From Eukaryota sp. GEM-RC1 (taxonomy: Eukaryota), in assembly GCA_040285855.1 (NCBI GenBank), contig JAUFOQ010000001.1, positions 930,001-994,000 on the forward strand: 64,000 nt of DNA, given 5' to 3'. The notes under the pieces are model-generated. The model was given only the letters and a program-made list of their open reading frames with translations, was not told the DNA's origin and searched no databases. This document shows positions 1 to 12,406 of the stretch, piece by piece. The translations under genes and the position numbers were made by a program. Position 1 is the stretch's first letter; every line of letters begins with the position of its first letter.

Positions 1-1077
1 CCCAAAGACTCCACCACACCAGATCTCTTCATTGAACCTCTTCCCTCCCAACCAAAACCCTCCCAACCACTTCAACCTCTCCTCAACTTCTCTCAAGTTC
101 CTGAGGAGATGAAGGAGTCTCTAGCATCTGTTCTCCCAGACATCAGCGCCAGCCCAACTACCCTCCACTTCAAAGACATCATTGGACTAGTAAACGCCAA
201 GAAGATCCTATGCGAGTCAATAGTCCTTCCAAACCTCCGACCAGAGCTCTTCACTTTCACCAAACCCCCTTCCTCTGTTCTCCTCTATGGAGCTCCGGGG
301 TGTGGTAAGACTCTCCTCGCCAAGTCAGTAGCCACTGAGAGTAAGTGTGCCTTCATCTCCTTAGCTGGATCTTCTTTAGTTTCTAAGTGGAGAGGGGAAA
401 GTGAGAAGGTGTTGAGGAGTGTTTTTGCAGTGGCTAGAGCTAATAGACCTTGTGTGTTGTTCATAGATGAGATTGATGCGATATTTCCAAAGTCAAGTGA
501 TCATGAGGCGAGTAGAAGGCTATCAGCTGAGCTTCTTACACAGATTGATGGGATCACGTCATCGATGACGTCATCAGGGTCGGTGTTTGATCTCTTCTTT
601 TTAGCTGCTACAAATAAACCCATGGATCTCGAAGATCCGTTACTTCGAAGGTTTCATCGTAAAGTCTTTGTTCCGCCACCTTCTCTTAAAGCAAGAAAGA
701 GTCTGATTACTCGACAACTAGGTGATTTAGTACATAACCAAGGGGTTTTAGAAGCTGTTGATCAGGTAGCTATGAGGACTCAGGAATGGCCAGCTTCAGA
801 CTTAGTGTTCGGAGTTTCAGAGTCTTTGATGTACCCGATTAGGAGGCAGTTGTTTAAGGAAAATTCAAATATATTTGAAAATTTGGTGGGGAGTGATGAT
901 GAAGAGGGGAAAGCTGAACTAAGGACTTTGCATGAGGAAGCGAAGTCTCTTGCGAATTCTGTTAAAAATATTAATTATTGTGGAAGGGATTTGGAAACTG
1001 CATTTGTTAATATTCAGCCGTCGTATGATCTTAAGTTGAGCTCAGAACTAGCGAATTGGAAGGCAAATGATGAATAA
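1..1077 (+). CDS. Katanin p60-like microtubule-severing AAA ATPase, 5'-truncated at the window edge
   Basis: Walker A GAPGCGKT, Walker B FIDEID, katanin-type SLVSKWRGESEK and HEASRR, second region of homology AATNKP..L...LLRRF. The frame stays open from base 1 to the ATG at 109. Confidence 0.8.
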   Translation, partial: PKDSTTPDLFIEPLPSQPKPSQPLQPLLNFSQVPEEMKESLASVLPDISASPTTLHFKDIIGLVNAKKILCESIVLPNLRPELFTFTKPPSSVLLYGAPGCGKTLLAKSVATESKCAFISLAGSSLVSKWRGESEKVLRSVFAVARANRPCVLFIDEIDAIFPKSSDHEASRRLSAELLTQIDGITSSMTSSGSVFDLFFLAATNKPMDLEDPLLRRFHRKVFVPPPSLKARKSLITRQLGDLVHNQGVLEAVDQVAMRTQEWPASDLVFGVSESLMYPIRRQLFKENSNIFENLVGSDDEEGKAELRTLHEEAKSLANSVKNINYCGRDLETAFVNIQPSYDLKLSSELANWKANDE

Positions 1078-1086
1078 AATTTACAA

Positions 1087-1428
1087 TGAGGTTTTTCAAA
1101 ATTTCCAACAAACATATAAACTCTAATTTATTTAATGAATACTATGGCATTGTTTGGTTCAATAGTTCAGCAGTGATAGGGTTCTATTGTAAATCTCAAT
1201 CAAAATTGATTGCTATATGCCCAATTATCTGATTTGTTAGTACTAATTTCCAATAACCCTTCTAGTGACTGAACCAATAAATTCTATGATGTTTTCGAGT
1301 TAGCATTGCTTACGGACTTTAACAAATATACTACAATGATCGGAAATGATTCAATAATTTTTCAAAGTGTCTGCATACTCTGTCCTAAGTTAGATAACCT
1401 GCTTTGGATCTGAACAAATCGAAGACCC
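1087..1428. repeat. Dispersed repeat, copy 1 (similar to 6077-6400)
   Basis: ATGAGGTTTTTCAAAATTTCCAACAAACATATAAACTCTAATTTATTTAATGAATA is identical at 1087 and 6077. Similarity continues to TTTGGATCTGAACAAATCGAAGACC. Confidence 0.85.
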
Positions 1429-1663
1429 AAAGAGTGGTGCAGACAATCACATTGACATTAATCATAATTGTGGAATCATGTTTGGGAATAAGCACTGACA
1501 TGAATAAATATTATGAGTCAACTTCCACACTGACTTCGATCATTGGTCTCGACTTCCAGAAGGAAGATGATCTACAATTGAACTAGTAAACGAAAATCCA
1601 CAAACTAAAATACAAAGTTTTATTTACAGTTAGAATAGTGTAGGAAAATGAAAATTGAAGGAT

Positions 1664-4600
1664 TTAAAATTTACTGCAAAACGCAGTAATGAGTTTAACA
1701 ACTTCTGATGATCTATAATTTGCTGGTGGATTGAATGTCAAGTATTGGAACCATTGTTCAACGAAGTCCTTCAAACAATCCACATTGTTCAGAAGGATTG
1801 AACCGTCCAACAATTCGCTCTTCAAAGCAGTAATTTTTCGCCCGTATTCGGAATTTTCAAAATTGTTCAATCTCTTCAGTAAAGGCCAAAATAAAATTTC
1901 AGTGATAATGGTAAAAACCCTTTTTAAACACGTGTTAAAATCAAGTTCTTTCATACACATCGAGAACACGGAACAAAAAGCATCTGCATCAATAGAAAAA
2001 TACATTAAAACAGAGTTGTTTCTCTCTCTACCAACAACATATATAAAAGCATCTTGTAAAGAATCAACTGAGTCGTGTAATAATACTTCTAACAATTCCA
2101 TTGCAGTTTCGTTAATTTCACCAGAAAATAAATTAACTAACGCATTGGGATAACGCTGAGAAAGTTGAGTTAATTGATTTTGAAACTTATGATCAAAGTC
2201 AATTTTTAACCCAAACATTCCATCACAATCAGACACCCAATGACCGTATTTGATGATGTGATTACGATTATTTTGTTTCCTACATTTTGCACCATCATAA
2301 CACTTGTAAGGAATAAATCGGTCAATGGGATGAGAAAATCTAAATCTATGAGCAGGATCATTGATACCACGACATCGAGAAGAAGCACAACAACGAGGTA
2401 ATTTTGAAAAATGTAAAAAATATTTAAAATGATCCGGGTCAGTAATTTTACAGTTACTAAAGCGACACACGTGTTTTCTTTCTTTAAGGTGAACTTTGGC
2501 CTCGTCACTAGTTTGACCATAGAGATGTTCACACGTATAAGGATTTAAACAAATTGGAATTTCAGATATTTGAAAATTCTCCTCTTCATCAAAACTTCCA
2601 CAGGACAACAAAGATCTCCATCCAGAAGTCAAGGTGTTACTAAACTGAACGCACGTCATCATGAACTCAACACGCATGTTTTTGTCTTTCAGAATGAAGT
2701 TTTGTAAATGTAGAAGAAATCCGCGGTAATTGTCTGGTGTTACTGAAACCTTATCAACATTTACTAAAAGCACTTGAGCAAGCTTACCAAATTGGTCAAT
2801 TTCATTCACTTTCCATAATTGTTTTGCCCGGTCAGAAACAATCAGGCAAGTGCAATCAGGCCAAGGAAAATTTGTACAGAATCTAGGTCGACGTACACGG
2901 TACTTCTCCCTATAACGCAGAAGTTTTTCATTTTGCAACAATCCTTGAAAGGTGTTAACACGTTCATTTGGATCTAATGAAACCAAACCCTCAATAATCT
3001 CTCGGAATTCAGGAGACACTTTAGAGAAATCAGCAGAGCCGTCTAATTTCATTGACTTAAGTTTCCTCAAGAAATCAGGTATACTTTGACAGCCATCTTC
3101 CTCTGTTGGTCTAAACATGAAGTTGCCAGTATAGATCTCATACAGCAAAGCTCCAAGACAGTAAAAGTCCACGTCATAACTGTATGAAGTTCTTTGGTCA
3201 ATTTCGGGAGGACGATACAAAGTAGTACCTACATCTGTGTTAAAAACACAAGAACCGTCACGCGAAATTCTTCTAGCAGAGTCAAAGTTCACAAGTACCA
3301 CGTTTTTATCGTCATCCAGCAAGACATTCTCAGATTTGATATCACGATGAGCTACACCAGCAGTATCATGAAGCCATTCTAGACAAGAGACCAACTGAGC
3401 GAGATAACGCCAGACTTGTTCTCGTTCTATCAAGACTCCAGTAGAATAGATGGTATTAAATTGAGATTGGTCAAGTTTAGGTTGAAGAAAGGAGAGGAGA
3501 TCGCCTTCACGGAAGTAGTCCATGATGAAGTAATGGTTGTTGTTATCTTGTTCGACGAGGTGATATCGGATAACAGAAGGATGTAGGGAATCTAGTTCAG
3601 CGATGACCATTTCACGAGCGCTGTGAACATTAGGAACAGTCTTACGAACAGCAAAGTTGCCAGTATATTTGTTGAGAACCTTTTGAATACGTTTAAGTCT
3701 TCTATTGTACTTGGTTCGATCCTTTACTGTTTCGTAGGCTTGTAAGTTGTTAGAAGAAGTCAACAGAGTCCAACTAGAAGTTAAGGTGTTATTGAACTGA
3801 GTAGACGTCATCATAAACTCAACACGCATGTTTTTGTCTTTCAGAATGAAGTTTTGTAAATGCAGAAGAAATTCGCGGTAATTGTCTGGTGTTATGGTAA
3901 CCTTATCAACATTTACTAAAAGCACTTGAGCAAGCTTACCAAATTCGTCAATTTCATTCACTTCTAATCGTTTTCTTCGGTCAGAAACAATTAGGCAAGT
4001 GCAATCAGGCCAAGGAGTGATTTTACAGAATCTAGGTCGACGTACACGGTACTTCTCCCTATAACGCAGAAGCTTTTCATTTTCAATAATCCTTGAAAGG
4101 TGTTAACACGTTCATTTGGTTCTAATGAAACCAAACCAGTAATAATCTCTCGGAATTCAGGAGAAACTTTAGAGAAATCAGCAGAGCCGTCTAATTTCAT
4201 TGACTTAAGTTTCCATAAGAATTCAGAAACACTTTGGTCATCTTCTTGTTTTGGTCTAAACATGAAGTTGCCAGTATAGATCTCATACAGCAAAGCTCCA
4301 AGACAGTAAAAGTCCACGTCATAACTGTATGAAGTTCTTTGGTCAATTTCGGGAGGACGATACAAAGTAGTACCGACATCTGTGTTAAAAACACAAGAAC
4401 CTTCTCGTGGAATTCTTTTAGCAGAGTCAAAGTCCATAATGACCACGTTTTTATCGTCATCCAGCAAGACATTCTCAGATTTGATATCACGATGAGCTAC
4501 ACCAGCAATATTATGAAGCCATTCTAGGCAAGAGACCAGCTGAGCGAGATAACGCCAGACTTGTTCTTCCGGAATCATGACTCCAGTAGAATAGACAGAC

Positions 4601-4914
4601 CATAGGTTGGATTGATCAAGTTTAGGTTGAAGAAAGGAAAGTAGATCACCTTGAGGGAAGTAATCCATGATGAAGTAGTGGTTGTTGTGATCTTGTTCGA
4701 CGAGGTGATATCGGATAACAGAAGGATGTAGGGACTCTAGTTCAGCGATGACCATTTCACGAGTTGCCCAAGCATTAGGAACTCTTTTACGAACAGCAAA
4801 GTTGCCAGTGAATTTGTTGAGAACTTGTTCAACACCACCATTTGCTTGACTTTTACCATGCTTGAATTGGGACACAGTTTCGTAGTCTTGGAGACTGTGT
4901 AGAGGAGCAGTCAT
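1664..4914 (-). CDS. Tandem Ser/Thr kinase + putative pseudokinase with C-terminal PBZ-like zinc fingers (~1080 aa, one frameshift near 4082)
   Basis: ORFs 3991-4914 and 1664-3961 are two copies of a ~1.14 kb module. Adding one base in the A-run near 4082 restores ..NEKLLRYREKYRVRRPRFC..WPDCTCLIVSDR.., as in module 2, and reads in frame into ORF 1664-3961. Both domains have AVRK, HRDIKSEN and GTTLYRPPE. The DFG position is DFD in kinase 1 and NFD in kinase 2. Confidence 0.8.
2240..2551 (-). other. Array of up to four PBZ-like (C-x4/5-C...H-x5-H) zinc fingers
   Basis: CLNPYTC..HLKERKH; CRFSNCKITDPDHFKYFLH; CASSRCRGINDPAHRFRFSH; CYDGAKCRKQNNRNHIIKYGH. These resemble the APLF/CHFR PBZ consensus CxYGxxCxRxNPxHxxxFxH. 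Confidence 0.7.
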
Positions 4915-5591
4915 AGAATGTATTAAAATACACGCAAAAAGACACCGCGTGTTTACGTGTTCTTTTGAAAAAACATAGACAACTTTAAAAGTACAATTAG
5001 ATTTGCATAATTACTGTTTGACTTGAATGCCTTTCTATACGTTGTAACACAATAATACAATGTTAGCAAAAAGTGACCTATATACTGACACATTGCTCTG
5101 CCAAACACCAATTCCTTTTATCAGAACCAAAGAATCCAAGGTCTAATGATGGGATGTGCGAAAACGACAAGAATCCGCCAAAACCAATGTTTATAGCATC
5201 AAATTCTGCAATGTGGATCAGAACAGTTTTTTCAAAAAAAAACACGAAAAAACACCTAAAAGCAGGATTGTCAGTTGGTAAAAAAACGTTTAAAAGGTTT
5301 GTATTCTGGATTAAGTTTACATGTTGGAGTACCACAAAAGCCCGTCTTTCTACTCCAATTTTGTCTAAATTTTATAGGTATTTCATGTGTATTGTGGCTG
5401 ATAAACAAGACTAAAACAAAGCCAGAGTATTTGTTGGTGACACTATTACTCCCACAGTATATACTCTTTGGTTCTGTATCCATCAGTGTGATGCATACTC
5501 TATTAATTATATATCTGCAAAATATCATAGTGTTAGTATCTCCGCCTAAGAAATCATGAAATGTACTTTGTCTTTGCGTTGATCATAAGGC

Positions 5592-6068
5592 GCATATGTT
5601 CCACGCAATTTTACATTAAATTAATAACTCAAATATGTAAAAAAAGTGTTAGAAACAATATTGTCTAGATCAATTAGCTTTTTCCTAGAATGATTCTCAG
5701 ATCAATCGTTGTTTGGAGCTTGGTGTTATCGACGCGGTTCAAATGCAAGCAAGGTTCGACTTTGACTCAGTAGAAGGTATGGTTGTTTGTTACTGAAAAT
5801 TTCCTGTATTTGGACCAAGGCGGGAACTATTTTCGAGAAAGTAGTTGAAACATAATTTCTTTAAATGTACTACAACAATACAATCCAATGAGTTAACGTA
5901 TTGTGCCACCACTTTATTTTATATAACCACTCACTATTATATGGGTCATGTTCATATGTTGTTCTAAACCAACCCAAACCAAGCCATTGACTTCCACCAT
6001 CACCAGTATTGACTACATACTAAAGAAAAATCATATAAATGAAATAACACATCAATCACATCACAAAC
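5592..6068. repeat. Dispersed repeat, probable non-autonomous transposon remnant (similar to 18788-19277)
   Basis: Long shared blocks, e.g. GCATATGTTCCACGCAATT, AGCTTTT(T)CCTAGAATGATTCTCAGATCAATCGTTGTTTGG and TATTGTGCCACCACTTTATTTTATATAACCACTCACTATTA. Confidence 0.85.
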
Positions 6069-6076
6069 ATCTGATA

Positions 6077-6400
6077 TGAGGTTTTTCAAAATTTCCAACA
6101 AACATATAAACTCTAATTTATTTAATGAATAATATGGCATTATTTGATTTAATAATTCAACAGTGTCAGAGTTTGTAAGTTTCAATCAGCACTGTTTGTT
6201 ATATACCCAATTATCTGTTTTGTAGCTATATAATATCTCCAATGAACGTCCTAGTCACTGAAACAATCAATTCTATGTTGTTGTTGAGTAACAGGTATTT
6301 TCTAACGGTTGGAAATGATGAAATAATGTTTCAAAGTGTCAACACACTCTGACCTAAGTTAGATTTTGGAACTACTTTGGATCTGAACAAATCGAAGACC
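6077..6400. repeat. Dispersed repeat, copy 2 (similar to 1087-1428)
   Basis: Direct sequence similarity to 1087-1428. Confidence 0.85.
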
Positions 6401-8123
6401 ACAGTATTGTTTTAGTCAGTCGCTATCCAGAGTGTATATTTTGGCATAATAAACCAGAACTCCAAAGCTCTTGATTAAACAAATGAGCTCTTATTACACT
6501 CAATCTAATTAGATAACATCAATTTTTGATTTGAATAAATCACTTCTACAGACGCTATGGATGACGAAGTGTAAGTATTTGAAACGTGATCCTCAATCAA
6601 GAACTCAGCTTGTACAGATTTATGCTTTTTTATTAAAGATTGTCCTTTGGAGTCGTATACGACCAGTTTTGAATACAAAATGAAATCGAAATCAATGATT
6701 ACGAGTAACGATTGTGTCTATTTTGTTGGAATACGTCATCACTCTTAATTTGCGCGAGACATATCTACATGTGAAAGCACATGATTCTGATACCAAGTCT
6801 GTATCAATCAAACAACCCATATCATTGACAACTCTCTCCTTATAGGAAAATGTGACCCTGAAGAAAGAGATTTTGGGCACTGATAACTAACTACCAGTAG
6901 TACTACTTTGTAGCAACACCTAACACCAGTCTCAAAGGCAAAGAATATGTTGCTCTAAACATGTGCGAGAAGCAAACGAAAATTGGATTACATCTTTCAA
7001 ATAAACAAATTATGTACCGGAACTAAAAGAAAAACTATCTAATAAACCACAAATAATCATAGTCGAAGACAGGGACCTGGAAACCTTCTACAACTTTAAT
7101 TTCGTCATACCACGTGACAATAATCGTTGGAAACCGTTCTTAGTTTTGCAAAAAGAAAAAACAAAACAGTTTCAATTGCTGCAACACAGACAAAGCATTT
7201 TTCTAGTAAAACAAAAAGTTTAATTACTTCTGGTCAGAACTGATACGGCTCTATCTCATTATATGAGTATTACTTATGTCGTTACTGTCATCAGTAGGGA
7301 TGGTAAGGTAAGAGTTTGGTTTGGTTCTCAAAAGTTAAACCAAACAAGAACCATACACTGTACGGGTTTAATTTGCGTGTATTGATATTATTACATTTAC
7401 TTGATTGTTCATATATTTATAAGCCCTTTGATATTTATTTATAAGATATCGTTTTTTATCTTCCTCAATAAACACATGCTCCTAATACTACAGTTATCTT
7501 AAGGTAAAGTCAACACCAAGACCTATAGAATGGTATCAAAGTAATATACATTGTAACTGTAAATTACAATTACACTGTATCAACATGACGAAATCAGTTC
7601 CAATTGTTTCAAGTAGTGACGGTTTTGGTTTTTGTCACAACCAAACAAGAACCAAAAACGTGATGGTTTCGTTGATTAGAACCAACCCCATTCAATCCAC
7701 TGGTTTAACCAGAACCATTCTTTATTATACCACTTGTAATTGTAATAGATTTAGATATATTGGAGGCTAACATCAATGTTCTGATTAGAGTGATCTTGAG
7801 TTCAAGCTCACCTGAAGTTGTTTCAAGTGAAAAATGAGAGGGAAATCGAGAAATCATGTGTGATTTGGTTGTTCTACTTAGCGTAAACAATTGGAGGAAG
7901 ACGTAAGCAATGAGACCGACGCAGATAGTGTATCAGAGTTAGGTTGCGGGGAGGAGATACTAGAAGAAGAGGAAACATTGAACGATTAACTACTAGTAAG
8001 TGTTACATTATCATCAACTGAATGACTACTCTTCAGTGGAGGTTCAGGATTAGACATGTAGTTTTGTTAAAAGGCCACAAGAACAATGGTCTCATTTACT
8101 TATCTCCTTTTCTATTGCTTCTA

Positions 8124-9655
8124 ATGTCATTCGCCCTTCCCCCAGCAGAAACTCTTGCAATTATCCTTGATGAATCTTCCCTCTGTAACCAAACCATATC
8201 ATTCGGCGGGGAATCCATCGCAGTTAACAAATCTGTCCTCGCTGCACACTCAACGTACTTCCGATCCCTCTGGTTCTTAGAGTTTGGGGATAAACTCGAG
8301 AACCCCATTGATTTCTCCCATCTTCCCGTCGATTCCGACAACTTCATCGCTTTTCTCAAGTCCTTCTTCGGCAAATCATTCACCCTCAACGAGAACAATG
8401 CCTACAACTTCTTCTACCTCGTCCACTACTTCCAAGTGGACAAACTCATTGACCACGTGGAAAACCACCTAAAAACTCATCTCGTGACCTGGGCTTGGTT
8501 AAAACCATTCATTAAAGAAGCAGATAAAAGAAATGACTTGAGAGCTCTCCAATTCGTTGGTCCTTTCTTTTCTAAGATTGACGACGTGTTGATTGATGAC
8601 GTGATGGCAATCACTACTGAAGGGTTAACAACGCTTGTAAAATACTGCACCTCTACTCAATCACAGTCGTGGTTCATCAAATCAATGGTAGAATCAATTT
8701 TAAATCAAAATTTCGATTTGAATGAATTTTTAAATATCCTCAATTCTTGTTCAATTGAAGCCTTTTCTTTTCAACAATGGGATGAGTTTCTGTTTGTTCC
8801 TTTAAAAGATGTTGAAGAATTGGAAACCGATTTGATGAAGTTTCTGTTTACAAGAGTTAAGAATCTTTACTTTGATTCTTTGGTGAAGGAAAATTCTGAT
8901 TTGAAGAAAGAAAATTCTGAATTCAACTCACTTACTACTGATTTAACAACGAAAGTTCATGCTTTAACTCAAGAAGTTCATCATTCAAACACCGAAAATT
9001 CCCATTTAAAAACAACTATTTCTGATTTATCCACGAAGATTTCTAGTTTAACAGCTGATATTCAAAATTTAACTACCACAAAGTCTAACGAAATCACTAA
9101 ATTACAACAAGAAATTGAACAACTTAAAAAGACAGTTGCAGAAACTCAACTAGTGTGTCAATCAGTTCCTCAATCAAAAGTGATTAGATTCTCACAGACT
9201 AAGAAACATTCTGAGTTACAAGTTAATGGGGATAGAAAGAGAGTTGTTGTTGGAAGTGGTGATCGCGTGAATAGAAATATCTTGGGAGAAGATCCACTTC
9301 TTCCAGGTAATGTGTATACTTGGAAGTTGAGGTACCAGGGATGGGCTAGTGCTCTTTTGTTGGAGTCATTAACGAGTCAAAGTTTGGTGTTGGGGATTGT
9401 TGTTTTGAAAATGCTCACTGTTTTGAAAATTGTAGTAGTCGCGTTCTTGGTTGTCTCTTAGGAAACAAGGCCAAGTGGAATCCTGGTGAATTACTCGAAA
9501 TCAGTGTGAATCTAATCAATTACACTTTAACAATCAAATCATTGAGTAATTCTTCGATTAATCTTACTGGAACTCTTCCCAGATTAAGTCGTGGTAATTA
9601 CTATCCATATGCTAAGTTATATTATAGTGATCATGTACTTGAAATCGTTGACTAA
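8124..9655 (+). CDS. BTB/POZ - coiled-coil - SPRY(B30.2)-like protein (frameshift near 9355)
   Basis: BTB motif AVNKSVLAAHSTYFRSL, then a heptad coiled coil. Adding 1 nt in the T-run at 9354-9357 gives GWASALFVGVINESKF...WNPGELLEI...GNYYPYAKLYYSDHVLEIVD*, matching the paralogs. ATG 8124 aligns with the paralog start at 14194. Confidence 0.8.
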
Positions 9656-10158
9656 AGTCGATATCATTGTGTTTGTGGTAAGTCTCCTCATTTAAAGCAG
9701 TGAATCAAATTAATTTACATTTATGGTAGCTGTTTTTTTTCCTATAAGAAGGCTAAATCTGAGATCAATGTAAAAATCTCTTTAGTGATTTAAAGAATCA
9801 ATTTGTTTATGTAAAAAGCACTCTTAGTAGCCACTTAAATGTGTTAAAACATGTACCACGTTGACTATCTCTTTAATTGTTTTTGTGTGGATCTTATCTA
9901 AAAGTCCAGAAGAAAACTTGGTTCGGATTTTGTGTGAACACTCATTGTGGAAACAGTTCAAGACTCGTGTAGAAGTAAGAAAATGTAAAACATAACATCT
10001 AGATGCAATCGTTTACTCATGTACTACTGTAGATGTATTAAATGAAGGTTAACTACGTATTGTATTCACGAGTACTATTATAACATTCAAAAGAATTGAT
10101 AAATGTCAATCTATCTGAATACTGAACATTTATGATTTTCATTTCTAAATGTCACACC

Positions 10159-11233
10159 TAGAGGTGGGAAATTACTCTACTCGAGTACTACTTAGTCATT
10201 ACTCAAGTAGAGTAATGAGTAATAAATCCTGAGTATTACTCGAGTAATACTCATACTCGCTTTTTCAAAACAGTGAGTATTACTCGAGTAATACTCGAGT
10301 AATACTTCAGAAAGCAGTAATGACGATAGAGCTGAACTGCACCTATTGTGTTTTAAGTTACATTTATATTCGCACTGGAGAGTATAGATATAGTTACTTT
10401 CTAAATAGTGAATATAAACATATAACTTCATCATTTAACTCTCATGACCAACCGTACCGTCAAGTCTTATTTTACGGTAGTCACCCTCGTTGATGATGGG
10501 ATCGAGTGTCAGAGACGAGAATGCTCATTTCAAGGTTGTTCTACAACGTTCTCTTTGAGGACATCAGACAACGTTCTGAAGAAGCACCTGAAAAATGACC
10601 ATAGCCTCTTTTCCTCTGATAACAAAAAACAGGTCGCTTTAGACAGTAATGCACCTATTGCCGTTCCACCTTCTTTGAACTTAGAACTTTCCCCCGGGGC
10701 AGATAAATTATGTTGTATCACTTATTGAGGATTTCGTTACTCATGATCACTTGCCTTTCACTTTTGCCGAGTCCAGTATCTTGCGAGCTCTTTTGACTTT
10801 CATATCACCTAAGATTCCACAACCGTGTCGAAAAACTGTAAGAAGCCGTATCATTCAAAACTATACACATCAGAAATCCCACATAATCTCTCTCCTTAAA
10901 AAACCAAATGCAATCAATGTTACTCTTGATCTTTGGTCCTCAAGGCAACGACTTCCATTCCTTGGAATCACCTGCCATTTTATAGAAGATTTCCAATTCC
11001 ATTCCATAGTGCTAAATGTAGATCTTTTCGAACATCCTCATACTGGTGATCAAGTAAATGCTGCTGTAACTAAAGTATTACAAGAATTCGGAATTGCAGA
11101 AAAAGTGCTGACTGTGACGACAGACAATGCTGCCAACATTGGCAAGGCATTCAAGATTCATCGTTCTTTCTTGAGTACTGTTCATCAAAAATTTTGTCTA
11201 TGTCATATAGTCAATTTATTTCACACCCCGTGA
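10159..11233 (+). mobile_element. Truncated hAT transposon: left end plus BED-finger/DDE transposase fragment
   Basis: TAGAGGTGGGAAA terminus, repeated TACTCGAGTA subterminal motifs, BED finger CSFQGC..LKKHLKNDH, and hAT motifs LPFTFAES, TLDLWSS, TTDNAAN, CLCHIVNL. Broken near 10728 and truncated near 11230. Confidence 0.85.
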
Positions 11234-12406
11234 CATCGTACATCTGCAGTTAACCACTGCAAGTTCTTTCTTATCATATCTGACTGTTTTCTATATCATA
11301 AACCTCGTTTTCACATCACTGTCTTTTTGCTGATAGATAAAAACCCATTTTCTTACCCACAGCTTGACTTTATGGACCCTGAAAACACTAGGTTTGATGA
11401 CATTCTCACAAATTTTTCTGTCCAGTGTTGGCACAAAGGAATTGTCACTCATCACTTACCAGGAACAACTAATGACTTAGACGTTTTCCGTCAAGAATTT
11501 ACCAAACACGAATTTACCGAAGACCACACTGAGATCACTTGGAATAAGTTAGATTATTTTAACCATCTTGAGGTACATGTGTGTTTTTCCCTGTACATAG
11601 GCTGCTCAAGGTTTTTTGCTGACGATATTCGTGACTTCTACTGCAGGCAGAAAAGTGATGTAACAATTAACGACATGGGTTGCTTACTTCTTTGTTCAAG
11701 TCACTAGCAAAAACCAATGATGTAATCTTTATTGAAGATGCTGATATTACATTTACAGAAAGAAAAAAAGTGTCAGACAACTGCCGCTAACAATCCCAAT
11801 TTCACGATGACGTGTTGCAGAAATAGATTTCGGACCTCAAGAACGTTCAAGATCCAATACTTGATCTCCGGATTACGAGTGAATCTGCCAATAGTGTATC
11901 AGCACTGTATTGTTTGTAAAGAAAGAACTGATTATTCAATTAAACGTCATCAGCTGAGTCAGATTACCAAAAATACAGTAAACGTTTAATTAAATTCAGC
12001 ATCCTTTGGTGATATCCAAGAGTAAATGAAATGAACTACAAAGGTTGTATGGAGACGTAAACCAAAGAAGAATCTAAATGAGATCACCAATCACAAGTTC
12101 CCATTGCAGAGTGGTAACTAACCTGATGGGAGATTTCAAGGAAGAAGTAACACTCCACAACAAGAAAGAGAGAGAGACTAGGTGGAGAAAAAATACAAGG
12201 AAGAATCAACATAATCCAAGGATCGAGAAGTAGATCACGTGGAGGGAATGTGGTTAGAAGTCACACAGACATTGGACACGTGGCAAGCAATAGAAGAGAG
12301 TGGAAAGAACGATGTACTAGTAGTAGAGTTCACGATACAGAAGTACATCCATGTTCAGGATTCCTTAAGCAAACTTGAAGAAGATCAGCATCTGAGATGT
12401 TTAGAC

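Noticed and set aside
4060..4100. Programmed ribosomal frameshifting or tiny introns explaining split ORFs
   Set aside because: Breaks are 1-nt differences in homopolymers relative to intact paralogous copies, with no shared slippery motif and no GT-AG insert.
5073..5559. Short overlapping ORFs here and antisense ORFs inside large genes
   Set aside because: They have no recognisable motifs and are expected by chance or as shadows of real genes.
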